A stretch of 64,000 nt of DNA. Origin: an uncultured virus (IMG/VR IMGVR_UViG_3300021437_000014) (Duplodnaviria > Heunggongvirae > Uroviricota > Caudoviricetes). The position numbers and the translations under genes are program-made. The stretch lies in the IMG/VR virus record IMGVR_UViG_3300021437_000014; one strand, given 5' to 3'. How positions within the stretch are numbered: position 1 is the first letter of the stretch; every line of letters starts with the position of its first letter. This document shows positions 1 through 9,314 of the stretch, one piece after another. A model generated the notes under the pieces. That model saw only the letters and a program-made list of their open reading frames with translations. It ran no database searches and was not told where the DNA came from.

Positions 1-170
1 AATGCCAAGAATTCTTTCTTGGACACGGGTACATCAGCCGAGTAGTCTGTTTTCACGGCCTGCACAAAGGCGTGGGCAACTCGGCCCCGCATGGCTTGCT
101 CTGAGATATGGGCATCGAAGCCCACACCCACAGTGGCGCTTGAGAAAAGTTTGGAGAATTGAAAAGACAT
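1..170 (-). CDS. 5' part of a leftward hypothetical gene running off the window edge (MSFQFSKLFSSATVGVGFDAH...)
   Basis: Manual translation: ATG at 170 preceded by AAAGGAG (177-183, minus strand); frame open to base 1; not in the ORF track. Confidence 0.7.
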   Translation of the reverse strand, partial: MSFQFSKLFSSATVGVGFDAHISEQAMRGRVAHAFVQAVKTDYSADVPVSKKEFLA

Positions 171-239
171 GCTTTACTCCTTTAATTGCGCGATGATAGT
201 TCAAACACCAGTATGCGCGGTCCTGGTATTTGTTTGTAA

Positions 240-450
240 GCCTACATTATAGGTCATACAACATAGGTTTTGAGCATGTGGTAACAAATATATTTTGTCA
301 CCCAGGTAAGCGCAGCGATATGTACTTGCCTATAGGGTTTTATTATAGCGGGTTTTAGGTGTAAGGTGTAAAAATAGTTTATAGGAAAACCCTAATAGGG
401 TAAACACCTAGTCTATGTAGCATGTTTACAACATAGGGGTAAACACCTAT
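240..450. promoter_or_regulatory. Divergent control region with leftward TATAAT boxes and repeated TAGG-N-CCTA palindromes
   Basis: ATTATA at 246-251 and 342-347; TAGGAAAACCCTA 382-394, TAGGGTAAACACCTA 396-410, TAGGGGTAAACACCTA 434-449. Confidence 0.5.
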
Positions 451-569
451 TGACGTATACACTTTACCGCGATATGAAATCGCCGCCGCGTCCCTGCCCC
501 CTCACGAAAGCGCACACAAATTTGAAACTTTTACCTTACACTATCACCAAAACCGACCAAAACCTCACC

Positions 570-950
570 ATGCAACCCTACCCCACCCACTGGCCGCAGC
601 CAACCAAAACCCGCCCAACCTCCGTCGCATCCCGCATCACGGAGGCACAAAAGCTCAACCTATTTAACAGAGTCATCACCACACGAGACCTTGCAAAAGA
701 CCTCGACGTACACGAGAGATACCTCTCCTCCCTCTTCCCCGGCAAGATCGAAGTCGTAGACAAGAAACCCATCATCGCCGCCCGCAAGCTCTACAAACTT
801 GAACTGGCAAAACTTGTAATCGCAGGTACCTACACCACAAGGCAAGCCGCAGAAATCTCTAACTCAACCTACAAAACAATGGCCCGCTTCGTCAAAAAGG
901 TGCGCGAACAGGAAAACCTTGGTAAACCCCAACAGGACACCAACAAATGA
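570..950 (+). CDS. Putative HTH DNA-binding protein (packaging or late regulation)
   Basis: HTH-like segments TTRDLAKDLDVHERYLS and TTRQAAEISNSTYKTMARFV; upstream of terminase; start moved to ATG 570. Confidence 0.5.
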   Translation: MQPYPTHWPQPTKTRPTSVASRITEAQKLNLFNRVITTRDLAKDLDVHERYLSSLFPGKIEVVDKKPIIAARKLYKLELAKLVIAGTYTTRQAAEISNSTYKTMARFVKKVREQENLGKPQQDTNK

Positions 951-1318
951 GCGACATTTTTGTAGACCCCTTCATCACAGGTTACACAAGACCTCCAGTA
1001 GCACCGTCACCATCACAAAACCTTGCACCTCAGTTAACCTTAGACGATGAGCTTGAGAACCAACTCTCCACTGCGAAACAGCTTCTTGAGGATGCAAAAT
1101 TTGACGAAACAGTGCCATTAAATCAAAAGGCTCAGGTAATCAACTCAATTGTCGCAATCATCGCCGCCATCAACAAGCAGAAAGCCGCCCTGCACAACCT
1201 TGCAGAACTTGCACTGATCGAAAGCGCCTTGATAGAAACCCTCAAAGAATTTCCAGAGGTACGCGAACGGTTCATAGAAGCGTACACAGGCAGAGCCTTG
1301 TCTGCACAACTTGTATAG
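947..1318 (+). CDS. Putative terminase small subunit
   Basis: 123-aa helical protein directly before the large terminase; ATGA overlap with previous gene; positional call. Confidence 0.45.
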   Translation: MSDIFVDPFITGYTRPPVAPSPSQNLAPQLTLDDELENQLSTAKQLLEDAKFDETVPLNQKAQVINSIVAIIAAINKQKAALHNLAELALIESALIETLKEFPEVRERFIEAYTGRALSAQLV

Positions 1319-1378
1319 ATATTGCTTTACGCTTCAGAATACTGCACAAACTTGCTAGACTCCAAACCTATAAACAAG

Positions 1379-3067
1379 ATGAGCCTCATTACAAAACACC
1401 TAGCAGCAGTCTCCGACGGCGCAAGAGACGTTTACAGCCTAAGCAACCTCTCAACTTGGATAGAAAAAAACATCTATCTAGACGGAAAGCTGATGAACAT
1501 GAGCGGAAAGTATAAGTTCCAGTCGGATGTTGTAAATAACACAAGCCGAGTTGTAAACACAGTCAAGTGCGCTCAGATCGGACTAAGCGTAAGCACACAA
1601 GCTTATTTTCTTGCTGCACTAGCTACACAGAAGAAGTTTAACGCTATATATGCACTTCCTACAGCAGGTGACGCAGCAAAGCTGACAACTACCAAAGTAA
1701 ACCCGATGATACAGGCGTCACCCAGACTTAGAGCCTTGCTAAATTCAAACGTAGATAGTGTGGAACTAAAGCAAATCGGGTCAAACTTCTTGTTTACCAG
1801 AGGCTCAAAGTCAGAGACTGCGGCCTTGTCTATCAGTGCAGACTGTCTTGTGATAGACGAGCTTGACCGTTGTGACCTTGATGTGGTGAAGCAGTTCAGG
1901 AGTCGCCTGCAAGCATCCGAACTTGGTATTGTAAGGCAGTTTTCAACACCGACAATGCGAGGTGTAGGTATAAGTAGAGAGGCTGAAGCATCTAGGCGTT
2001 ACCGCAGCATGGCAACTTGTGGCAACTGTAATCACAAATGGCTGCCGACTTATGACCTTGACATGCGCATACCTGGCTATACAGGAGAACTTGACCAACT
2101 GGACAAGCACAACATAACTAAAGTGCGTTGGCAAGAAGCTCATTGGTGCTGCCCATCTTGCGGAAAAGACCCAAAGTTAAGTCGCAGTTCACTTGAGTGG
2201 GTGTGCGAAAATCCGACAGAAAACTACGAGGCAAGCACATTTTTTGTGAATCCAATAACTTGTTGTGAAGTCTTAAAACCTTCGTACCTTGTTAGAACGT
2301 CAACTGAATTTGCGACAAGGGCTGAGTGGAAGAACCAAGTTTTAGGTATAGAAGCTGAAGAGTCTAATGAGCAGATAACTGCAGACGACGTAGACTGCGC
2401 ACTAATATCTACAAGTTTAGAAAGCTCTGACATTACGTACTTCGGCGCGGATATGGGTCAGTTATGTCATATAGTAATAGGTAGGTTGACACAGGCAGGC
2501 GAGCTGCTTGTCACACATAGAGAAGCAGTGCCAGTAGCAGGATTCACTCAACGCAGACTTGAACTTATAAGGCAGTACAGGTGTGCAGTTAGCGTAATGG
2601 ACGCTTACCCATATACACCGACAATCTCAGCAATAACTGAGTATGACCCTAATGCATTCGGTGCAGATTTTAATACAGGAAAGTCTATAGAGCTTTTCAC
2701 GATTAAAGAGAAAGAGGCCAACGCGGAGGAAGGCAAGATGAACCTAAGACTTGCCAGGATAAATAGAACCAGAGGACTTGATGAACTTATGGAGTTATTT
2801 AAAAAACGCAAGATTGTAGTGTCAAAGAAAAACGATGACGAGGATAAAAAGTTCAAGTCACACATTCTGTCGATGAAAAGAGCGCAAACATTTAAGGGCG
2901 ACGAACTTGTGTATACCTGGATAAAGTCCGACGGAGTAGATCACTACATGCTGGCACTACTGTATATGTATATAGCCACACTTTTGCGCGGAACGGTTGA
3001 GCCCACACTTGCAACAGGATTCCTAAAACTTGTGTCTAGCTTTAGGGTAAAACCTGAATTGGGTTAG
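1379..3067 (+). CDS. terL: Terminase large subunit, lambda GpA-like
   Basis: GpA-type Walker A VKCAQIGLS, Walker B LVIDELD, STPT coupling motif, CxxC...CPxC, RNase H-like FGADMG...DHY. Confidence 0.9.
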   Translation: MSLITKHLAAVSDGARDVYSLSNLSTWIEKNIYLDGKLMNMSGKYKFQSDVVNNTSRVVNTVKCAQIGLSVSTQAYFLAALATQKKFNAIYALPTAGDAAKLTTTKVNPMIQASPRLRALLNSNVDSVELKQIGSNFLFTRGSKSETAALSISADCLVIDELDRCDLDVVKQFRSRLQASELGIVRQFSTPTMRGVGISREAEASRRYRSMATCGNCNHKWLPTYDLDMRIPGYTGELDQLDKHNITKVRWQEAHWCCPSCGKDPKLSRSSLEWVCENPTENYEASTFFVNPITCCEVLKPSYLVRTSTEFATRAEWKNQVLGIEAEESNEQITADDVDCALISTSLESSDITYFGADMGQLCHIVIGRLTQAGELLVTHREAVPVAGFTQRRLELIRQYRCAVSVMDAYPYTPTISAITEYDPNAFGADFNTGKSIELFTIKEKEANAEEGKMNLRLARINRTRGLDELMELFKKRKIVVSKKNDDEDKKFKSHILSMKRAQTFKGDELVYTWIKSDGVDHYMLALLYMYIATLLRGTVEPTLATGFLKLVSSFRVKPELG

Positions 3068-3112
3068 AATTCGGTCAGGCAGTGAAAAGCCTATACAAGG
3101 GTCAGAAGCTCC

Positions 3113-4915
3113 ATGAAATTCTTAGACACACTCAAATCCGCTTTCGGCGCACAGCCAAGTGCCTCCACACTTGCGCCGCCTCCACTGCCGAAAGCGCCCA
3201 ATGCGCCGCAGTCGCTGCCTGGTTACAGGAAAAACACAACGGCGTCAAAGTCTGCCCTTCGTGAGACAGAGCGGAGTGGTGCGTCACTTGAGCGGGTGGC
3301 TGCAACACGCAACCTCAGCAAGACGAAGCAGCAGATTCGCCTACTCTCCAAAGTGTCTCCAGAGCTTGCCTCGGCCATTTCCTCCCTCTTGCGGACTGGC
3401 ATTCCAGAACGCTATACCTTAATCGCTAGAGACCTGGATGGGCAAATCGACCCGGCGGCAACTTCCCTGGCACAAGAATTGCTACGACGCCTCACATTCC
3501 TGGGGAATGTGGACGGTTCTTACGGTGCCCAGATGACAATTCAGTCGCTGTCTGAACAACTTGCCTATGAGATTCTGGTTGAAGGCGCTTGTGCCTTAGA
3601 GGTTGCACTTGACAAGGCAAGAATTCCAGCAAGCTTCAACCCCATAGCAGTATCCACACTGAAGGCCTACGAAGATGGAAATACCACAAGATTCGTACAA
3701 CTTGTAGGTGGGCATGAAATAGACCTTGACACACCCACATTTATCTACACATCACTTGATCAAGACTTGCTAGAGGCGTACTCTGCGTCTCCACTTGAGG
3801 CAGCTCTCCAGCCAGTGCTGTCGGACATAGACTTTAACAATGACGTGCGGAAAGCCTTGAAGCGGGCGGTTTTGCCTCGTCTCACGGCGACAATTGACAG
3901 CGAGAAGGTCAAGAGGTTCGTGCCGCCTGAGATTTTGTCGGACGCAGAGAAGTTTGCTGCATATAAGCAAGCCTTGATCGAAGAGGTAGAGTCTACGATT
4001 AACAGTCTAGGGCCTGAAGATGCACTTGTGTCTTATGACAGTATCACATACTCCTATATTGACGGTGGCAAAGACCCAGGCTCGATCATAACAAAGATTC
4101 AAGATGCACTCAATGCAAAGTTATCGTCAGGAGCAAAGACACTGCCTGTTGTACTTGGACATGGGGCCAGCTCTAACGCAAGTTCAACCGAGGCTGTGCT
4201 TTACCTGAAACAGGCGAACATCTTGCGTGTGAAGCTGAATGAAATTTATAGTCGTGCGTTTACAGTGGCTGTTCGCCTTATGGGTGTTGATGGTTATGTT
4301 GAGTTCAAGTATGAGAGTCTTGACCTACGGCCTGAAAAAGAGTTGGAAGCGTTCAAGGCAATGGAGCAGTCGCGCATTCTTGAGCTGCTGAGCCTTGGCT
4401 TGCTGACGGATGCTGAGGCATGTGTCCAGTTGACAGGGAACTTGCCACCGCCTGGGATGAAACCATTGTCAGGCACTGGGTTCAAGGCTGGTTCTGCAAA
4501 CATCCAGAATCCCACATCAAATACGAGCGCGGTAGAGCAGTCATCGACTCCAAAGACACCCAAAAACGCCAAGTCCTCCAATGGTGGAAATGCCGGTGCA
4601 GAGATTGAAACGGCATTCGCTGCACAGTCAGCAAAACTTGCAGAAGCGCATGCCTCAAACCTTGCTTCAGCAGCAAGCACAGCGAACGCAGCGATTTCAG
4701 CAGCGGAGCGCAATGCCAGCGTCTTGTCTGATATGGCTTATGCAATGAGTCAACAGGCTCAGAAGCCTGTGCAGGTGTCGGTAGAGGCTCAGCCTGTAAC
4801 TATTTCTCTACAGATGGAGCAGGAAAAGAAAGCGCCGAATAAGCGAGTGAAGATCGTGCGAGATGAAGAAGGGCGTGTGAGTCACATGGAGGTTATGGAG
4901 GAAAGCCATGATTAA
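3113..4915 (+). CDS. Portal protein with long C-terminal extension
   Basis: 600 aa directly after terL; helical portal-like composition. Confidence 0.75.
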   Translation: MKFLDTLKSAFGAQPSASTLAPPPLPKAPNAPQSLPGYRKNTTASKSALRETERSGASLERVAATRNLSKTKQQIRLLSKVSPELASAISSLLRTGIPERYTLIARDLDGQIDPAATSLAQELLRRLTFLGNVDGSYGAQMTIQSLSEQLAYEILVEGACALEVALDKARIPASFNPIAVSTLKAYEDGNTTRFVQLVGGHEIDLDTPTFIYTSLDQDLLEAYSASPLEAALQPVLSDIDFNNDVRKALKRAVLPRLTATIDSEKVKRFVPPEILSDAEKFAAYKQALIEEVESTINSLGPEDALVSYDSITYSYIDGGKDPGSIITKIQDALNAKLSSGAKTLPVVLGHGASSNASSTEAVLYLKQANILRVKLNEIYSRAFTVAVRLMGVDGYVEFKYESLDLRPEKELEAFKAMEQSRILELLSLGLLTDAEACVQLTGNLPPPGMKPLSGTGFKAGSANIQNPTSNTSAVEQSSTPKTPKNAKSSNGGNAGAEIETAFAAQSAKLAEAHASNLASAASTANAAISAAERNASVLSDMAYAMSQQAQKPVQVSVEAQPVTISLQMEQEKKAPNKRVKIVRDEEGRVSHMEVMEESHD

Positions 4916-5279
4916 GCCATGCCACTTGGCATCAGTCCTAAATGCAGGATTTTCTGAGTACAGGATAGCCTTGTATAAGGCTATTCCTAAAGACCAAGAA
5001 ATCTTTGACCCTGAAAATGAGTCGAAGGGTGTAGGTTACAAGAACCGCTCACTTGGGTCACCTACAGCGTCTTATACAAGCCGCACCGTCAACATAGGGT
5101 TTCCTGACGTGCCGTCTGTGGCCTGGAAAACAGCGACGGTTTCAGCTCGCTGTGCAGTGATCTACTGTGCGAAAACACTTGAGGTGCTACACATCTCTGA
5201 CTTTGGCAAAACAGTCTCGTCCACCAACGCCGAGTTTGCCCTTCCGATTCCAAACCCATTGGCTAAAATTGCAGTATGA
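4908..5279 (+). CDS. Putative virion structural protein
   Basis: Pattern ALY...GxGY...WxxATxSARxAVIY...DFG...SSTNxxF, recalled from small phage structural proteins; overlaps portal stop. Confidence 0.5.
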   Translation: MIKPCHLASVLNAGFSEYRIALYKAIPKDQEIFDPENESKGVGYKNRSLGSPTASYTSRTVNIGFPDVPSVAWKTATVSARCAVIYCAKTLEVLHISDFGKTVSSTNAEFALPIPNPLAKIAV

Positions 5280-5467
5280 GCCAGTCAGACGAATTGCAGT
5301 GTGCCTTTGACGGCATCGGGCGCGAGGTGGGGAACCTTGTCCGGTGCCTTGTGGCGCAGGAAATGGCGATGCATACAGCCAGATTGCAGGCGCTGACGGA
5401 GTTGTTGAGTGGTGGAACTTGTATTGAGCCACCTGCAACTCAACCTCAGCCGAATAACTTGCTGTAG
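5276..5467 (+). CDS. Small hypothetical protein; N-terminus resembles the next gene
   Basis: ATGA overlap; LQCAFDGIG matches LECLLDGIG in 5556..6380. Confidence 0.55.
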   Translation: MSQSDELQCAFDGIGREVGNLVRCLVAQEMAMHTARLQALTELLSGGTCIEPPATQPQPNNLL

Positions 5468-5555
5468 TGCATAGACTACTAGGCTCCACTAAATAACTCA
5501 CAGTAGTTAAAAGACTGCAATTCCGCAGAAAACCCTCCCGTAAGGATACTCTCTC

Positions 5556-6380
5556 ATGACCACCCTGAATCAAACCCTTGAATGCTTGTTGGACGGTATT
5601 GGCGCAGCCACTGGCGAAGCGATCAAGACCGAGATCAATAACCTGTTGGGTATGCCCAACGTAGACCTGCAAGCAATCAACTCCGCTGTTGCTGCTTTGC
5701 AAGCACTGTTGGATTCCGACCCCAGCACCGCAGGCTTCCAGACCGGCCAAAACATCATCACCCAGTTGATTGCCCTCGGCAACCGTCTGGATGCTCTGGA
5801 GAACAGCACCGTTGTTGCTACCCTGCAAACCTTGCTGGGTCAAGTGCAAGCTGGTTTGGCTGCTGAAGTCGTTGCTCGTCAAGAAGCCGACGATGCCCTG
5901 CAAGCCAGCATCAACACCCTGTCTGCCCAAGTTGACACCCTGAGCCAGCAACTGGCAACCGTGTCGATCAGTACCGGCCAAGGTTGTGATTGTGCTGCCA
6001 TCGCTGCGCAGATCACCGCCCTGGAAACCAGTCTGACTAACCTGAGCGGTACCGACGCTGCTCAAGCTGCTCAGATCGCCACCCTGCAAGGCCAAGTCGC
6101 CACCCTGTCGGGTCAACTGGCTGGTGTGGTTGCCGCTGCTGCTGCCGCTGCTGCAGATGCTGCTGCTGCTCTGACTACTGCTCAAGGCACTGCCACTGCA
6201 GTCAGCGCTCTGCAAACCGCAGTCAGCGCCCTGGACGAGCGCGAGAATGGTCGTCACCAGGGTCACGGCAACCGCCTTAACGACTTGGAAGCTTTCAAAG
6301 CTGGTGTTGAGGCTCTGGATTGCACCGCCTTGGTGGCCCGCTTCCGCACCGGCATCTCTGCTGGCTTGGCAGGTGCTTGA
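5556..6380 (+). CDS. Coiled-coil, fibre-like virion protein
   Basis: AAGGA RBS; long Ala/Gln/Leu heptads; codon bias resembles the capsid gene. Confidence 0.65.
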   Translation: MTTLNQTLECLLDGIGAATGEAIKTEINNLLGMPNVDLQAINSAVAALQALLDSDPSTAGFQTGQNIITQLIALGNRLDALENSTVVATLQTLLGQVQAGLAAEVVARQEADDALQASINTLSAQVDTLSQQLATVSISTGQGCDCAAIAAQITALETSLTNLSGTDAAQAAQIATLQGQVATLSGQLAGVVAAAAAAAADAAAALTTAQGTATAVSALQTAVSALDERENGRHQGHGNRLNDLEAFKAGVEALDCTALVARFRTGISAGLAGA

Positions 6381-6509
6381 TCTTTGAGTTAGTCCCATTA
6401 CACCAAAAGTGTAAGTGGAGTAGGCAAGAAACCCAAAACTTGCCTACTTCGACTGACTCAGGTTAAGATAATGGCGCGTAAGCGCCATTTTTCATTTTTG
6501 GACCAGAAC

Positions 6510-6704
6510 ATGATCACACTGCCACAAATCTCTTTGCCTAACACACCAATCTACAAAGCTAGGATGGAAGTGTGCAATGTCTGCCAATATGCCAAAAACC
6601 GCTCTGTACTTGGTTGGGATGTGAAGGTCTGCGGGGCTTGTAATTGTCCTGTGCGCTCAAAATGCGTGACTGGCCCATGCCCTAAGAACCTGTGGTTGGC
6701 TTGA
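6510..6704 (+). CDS. Small Cys-rich metal-binding protein (DUF6171-like pattern)
   Basis: RxxxCxxC...CxxCxC...KC...CPxxxW. Confidence 0.55.
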   Translation: MITLPQISLPNTPIYKARMEVCNVCQYAKNRSVLGWDVKVCGACNCPVRSKCVTGPCPKNLWLA

Positions 6705-6718
6705 TCTGAGGTTGTTAA

Positions 6719-9301
6719 ATGGCAACTTTCACAATAACAACCTCACAGTACATCTCTGAACTGATAGGCAAGACAGGTGGAGATACGTATAACATTAATG
6801 GTGGTACGTTAATAACGGACTGTGATAGCCGCTATGCACCAAATGCAACGGAGTCCACAGGCCCCATTGGAAACCTAACTGTTGACTCTGCAACAGGTGG
6901 GCGCTGGCAAGTCACGACAGAGAACACGAAAATCCTGGAGTTCAGTGGAGGTTCCGGCTCTGTGCCTGCCTATGGGACTGTCATCACGCAGGGAGGTGCG
7001 TCTGCAGTCTTGTTGTGTGTTATGTCCACAAAAACAGGCGGTACTGTCTACGCAGCAGGCGCTGGCATGCCTTCGACAGGCTTTATGAAAGTGCGCGTTA
7101 CTACAACAGGCTTTACCACTGGGCCTCTGACAGGCATCAATGCAGGTGTATCTAATCCGACGGTCTTCCAAGGTTGGATTGTTCTTGTTGGGCAAGAGAT
7201 CGGCCTGCACTCACATTCTCGGCTTGGTACCATGCAGATGCGTGGAGACTGGATTGACGTTGGCACGACGAACGGGACCATCGGCCAGACCCTACAATTG
7301 CCACACTTCACTGCAGACGTAGGTACATGGTACCCTGGGGTTGACGTTGAAACTGCTCCGGGTTCTAATACTTACCAGTTCTTCCCTAACGCAGGTACTA
7401 GACACACATCGGTAAATAGTAGCTCTGATACTCGTTCCAGCTTTGTTTACATTTCGTCAACTGGACTTGTTTACTTTGGTAAGGGGGCAGATGCCTCTAC
7501 ATGTGGCTATGTGCCTGTTTCAGGCTGTAAAGTTAGGATTCCATCTATTATTTTGCAGAACTGCACATCTACGAATAGGGTTATAAACGTAGAACCAAAT
7601 CGGACAATAGGCAACAGGTACGAATCAGCCTACACCAACGCCGGTATTTGCGATTTGCAGAAAGTAACAGGAGCTTGGTATTGGAACATTCTACAACCAT
7701 ACAGTGTATACATTAGAGATGTACATGTCTGTGATTCGATCTTGATAGGTGAGAGTGCCACCAAAGTTGATATTGACTGCCTGCATGCAGGCTTGTCAAC
7801 TTCGGCTACAGAATTTACCTCAAACGCCATTGTAATACAGCAGTCATACAGTGGTGGTACTATAGGTTATATGTCATGGCTTAGAGCCTCAGCAGCATCA
7901 ACAAGCACGTATGCAGCAATCCTTGTAAACCTGTACGGAGGTTGGTCTATTGGCCGACTTCGCGGTGGTTCTGTTGGAGAAGCGTCTGCTGTAAGCGGAT
8001 GGCTATACTACAATACGTGTGGTACTACGACAATTTCGCTGGCTGAGAGCTTCACAAAGCGCCTACTTATACAGGCTGCAGAAAACCTAGTTGTATCAAA
8101 ACTTGTTTACGCAGACAATTGTATAGGTACGACTACTACAATAGCTCAAAGTAGAGCAATAGAAACAGTCGGTCAGTGTGTGGGTGTGACTGTTGAAAAC
8201 GTAGAGAACTGGCCTGGTGTGGCAAACTGTCATCCTTACCTTGCCATTATGATGAGTAACACAAGCAAGAAGGTTAACCTGCGTAACTGTGGAACTGCGG
8301 CAGCGCCTTTCAATGCAGGTACAGTCAACTTGATGGGATACATTTGGGATGATGCAGGTAACAATGATAAGATCACAGTCCAGCGCAATTGGACAACAGC
8401 TCTGCGTCAAGGTATTCATGGTGGCACTAATACCACTAAGAGGTTTCTTAGTGTAAATAACTATCAAGCTGACGCATCCAAAACAATTGGACCACAGCAA
8501 GGTGATTCTATTGTTCATGGAAATAGGTTCAACAGTGGTGGTGTGCCTAGCAGTTATTCAGCAGTATATGGTAGTGCTATGTGGGATGGATTTACAGGTG
8601 ATACCACAACACGTGCAGCGCTGATTCTTGTTGAGAAGACTGAAGCAAACATATCAGCTTATACGATTACAGGGGGTTCACCGAAGTTCACTGGGGCAGG
8701 TCGTGCAGTGTTCTTTAACGCTGGTGACCAAATAGAGTGGACGTGGCCTTGGAAAATCTTGGGTTGGAATGGTTTGACCTCATTTGCAGTGACTGGCTCC
8801 AACACAGCAAATCACACCTACGAATACAAACTTGACAAAGACGGTAGCGGGATCGGTGCGTGGAAAACCCTGAGTAACGCCAACCTTGCTGCAGAAACAG
8901 GCATTGACCCAGTGGTCGGACTTGGGTTGAAGCTACGCATTACCTGCACAGTGACCAGCACCACAAACAGAATCGACTCACTGCGAGTGGACGGTACCAC
9001 CACGCTTGCTCTACAGAATGCTGCGATTTACCCTATCGAGGGTGTAGGACTTATACTCGACGGTATCGTACCAGGGTCAGATATTGTGGTGCTGCTTGCA
9101 GGGACTACGACTGTACTTGACACAGGAAACGCTATAGGTAGCACAAGCTATACCTACTCGTATTCTGTTATTCAGGCCATCGACATTGCTGTTTACCTAT
9201 CAGGGTATGAACCTGTATATATCAGGGACTACGTACTTACGGGTGAGCCTGTATCACTACCGATCACACAGCGGGTTGACCGCAACTTTTCATTTGCTTA
9301 A
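6719..9301 (+). CDS. Large beta-rich virion protein (spike/fibre-like)
   Basis: 860 aa, G/T/S/N-rich; GAGG RBS; within the head module. Confidence 0.6.
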   Translation: MATFTITTSQYISELIGKTGGDTYNINGGTLITDCDSRYAPNATESTGPIGNLTVDSATGGRWQVTTENTKILEFSGGSGSVPAYGTVITQGGASAVLLCVMSTKTGGTVYAAGAGMPSTGFMKVRVTTTGFTTGPLTGINAGVSNPTVFQGWIVLVGQEIGLHSHSRLGTMQMRGDWIDVGTTNGTIGQTLQLPHFTADVGTWYPGVDVETAPGSNTYQFFPNAGTRHTSVNSSSDTRSSFVYISSTGLVYFGKGADASTCGYVPVSGCKVRIPSIILQNCTSTNRVINVEPNRTIGNRYESAYTNAGICDLQKVTGAWYWNILQPYSVYIRDVHVCDSILIGESATKVDIDCLHAGLSTSATEFTSNAIVIQQSYSGGTIGYMSWLRASAASTSTYAAILVNLYGGWSIGRLRGGSVGEASAVSGWLYYNTCGTTTISLAESFTKRLLIQAAENLVVSKLVYADNCIGTTTTIAQSRAIETVGQCVGVTVENVENWPGVANCHPYLAIMMSNTSKKVNLRNCGTAAAPFNAGTVNLMGYIWDDAGNNDKITVQRNWTTALRQGIHGGTNTTKRFLSVNNYQADASKTIGPQQGDSIVHGNRFNSGGVPSSYSAVYGSAMWDGFTGDTTTRAALILVEKTEANISAYTITGGSPKFTGAGRAVFFNAGDQIEWTWPWKILGWNGLTSFAVTGSNTANHTYEYKLDKDGSGIGAWKTLSNANLAAETGIDPVVGLGLKLRITCTVTSTTNRIDSLRVDGTTTLALQNAAIYPIEGVGLILDGIVPGSDIVVLLAGTTTVLDTGNAIGSTSYTYSYSVIQAIDIAVYLSGYEPVYIRDYVLTGEPVSLPITQRVDRNFSFA

Positions 9302-9314
9302 CTGGAGAATCTAA

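Noticed and set aside
2..196. Plus-strand 64-aa ORF
   Set aside because: Shadow of a minus-strand gene starting at 170 with a strong RBS
5187..6398. 403-aa minus-strand ORF, and similar ones at 13798..14769 and 19574..20068
   Set aside because: Antisense shadows of codon-biased structural genes; no RBS or motifs
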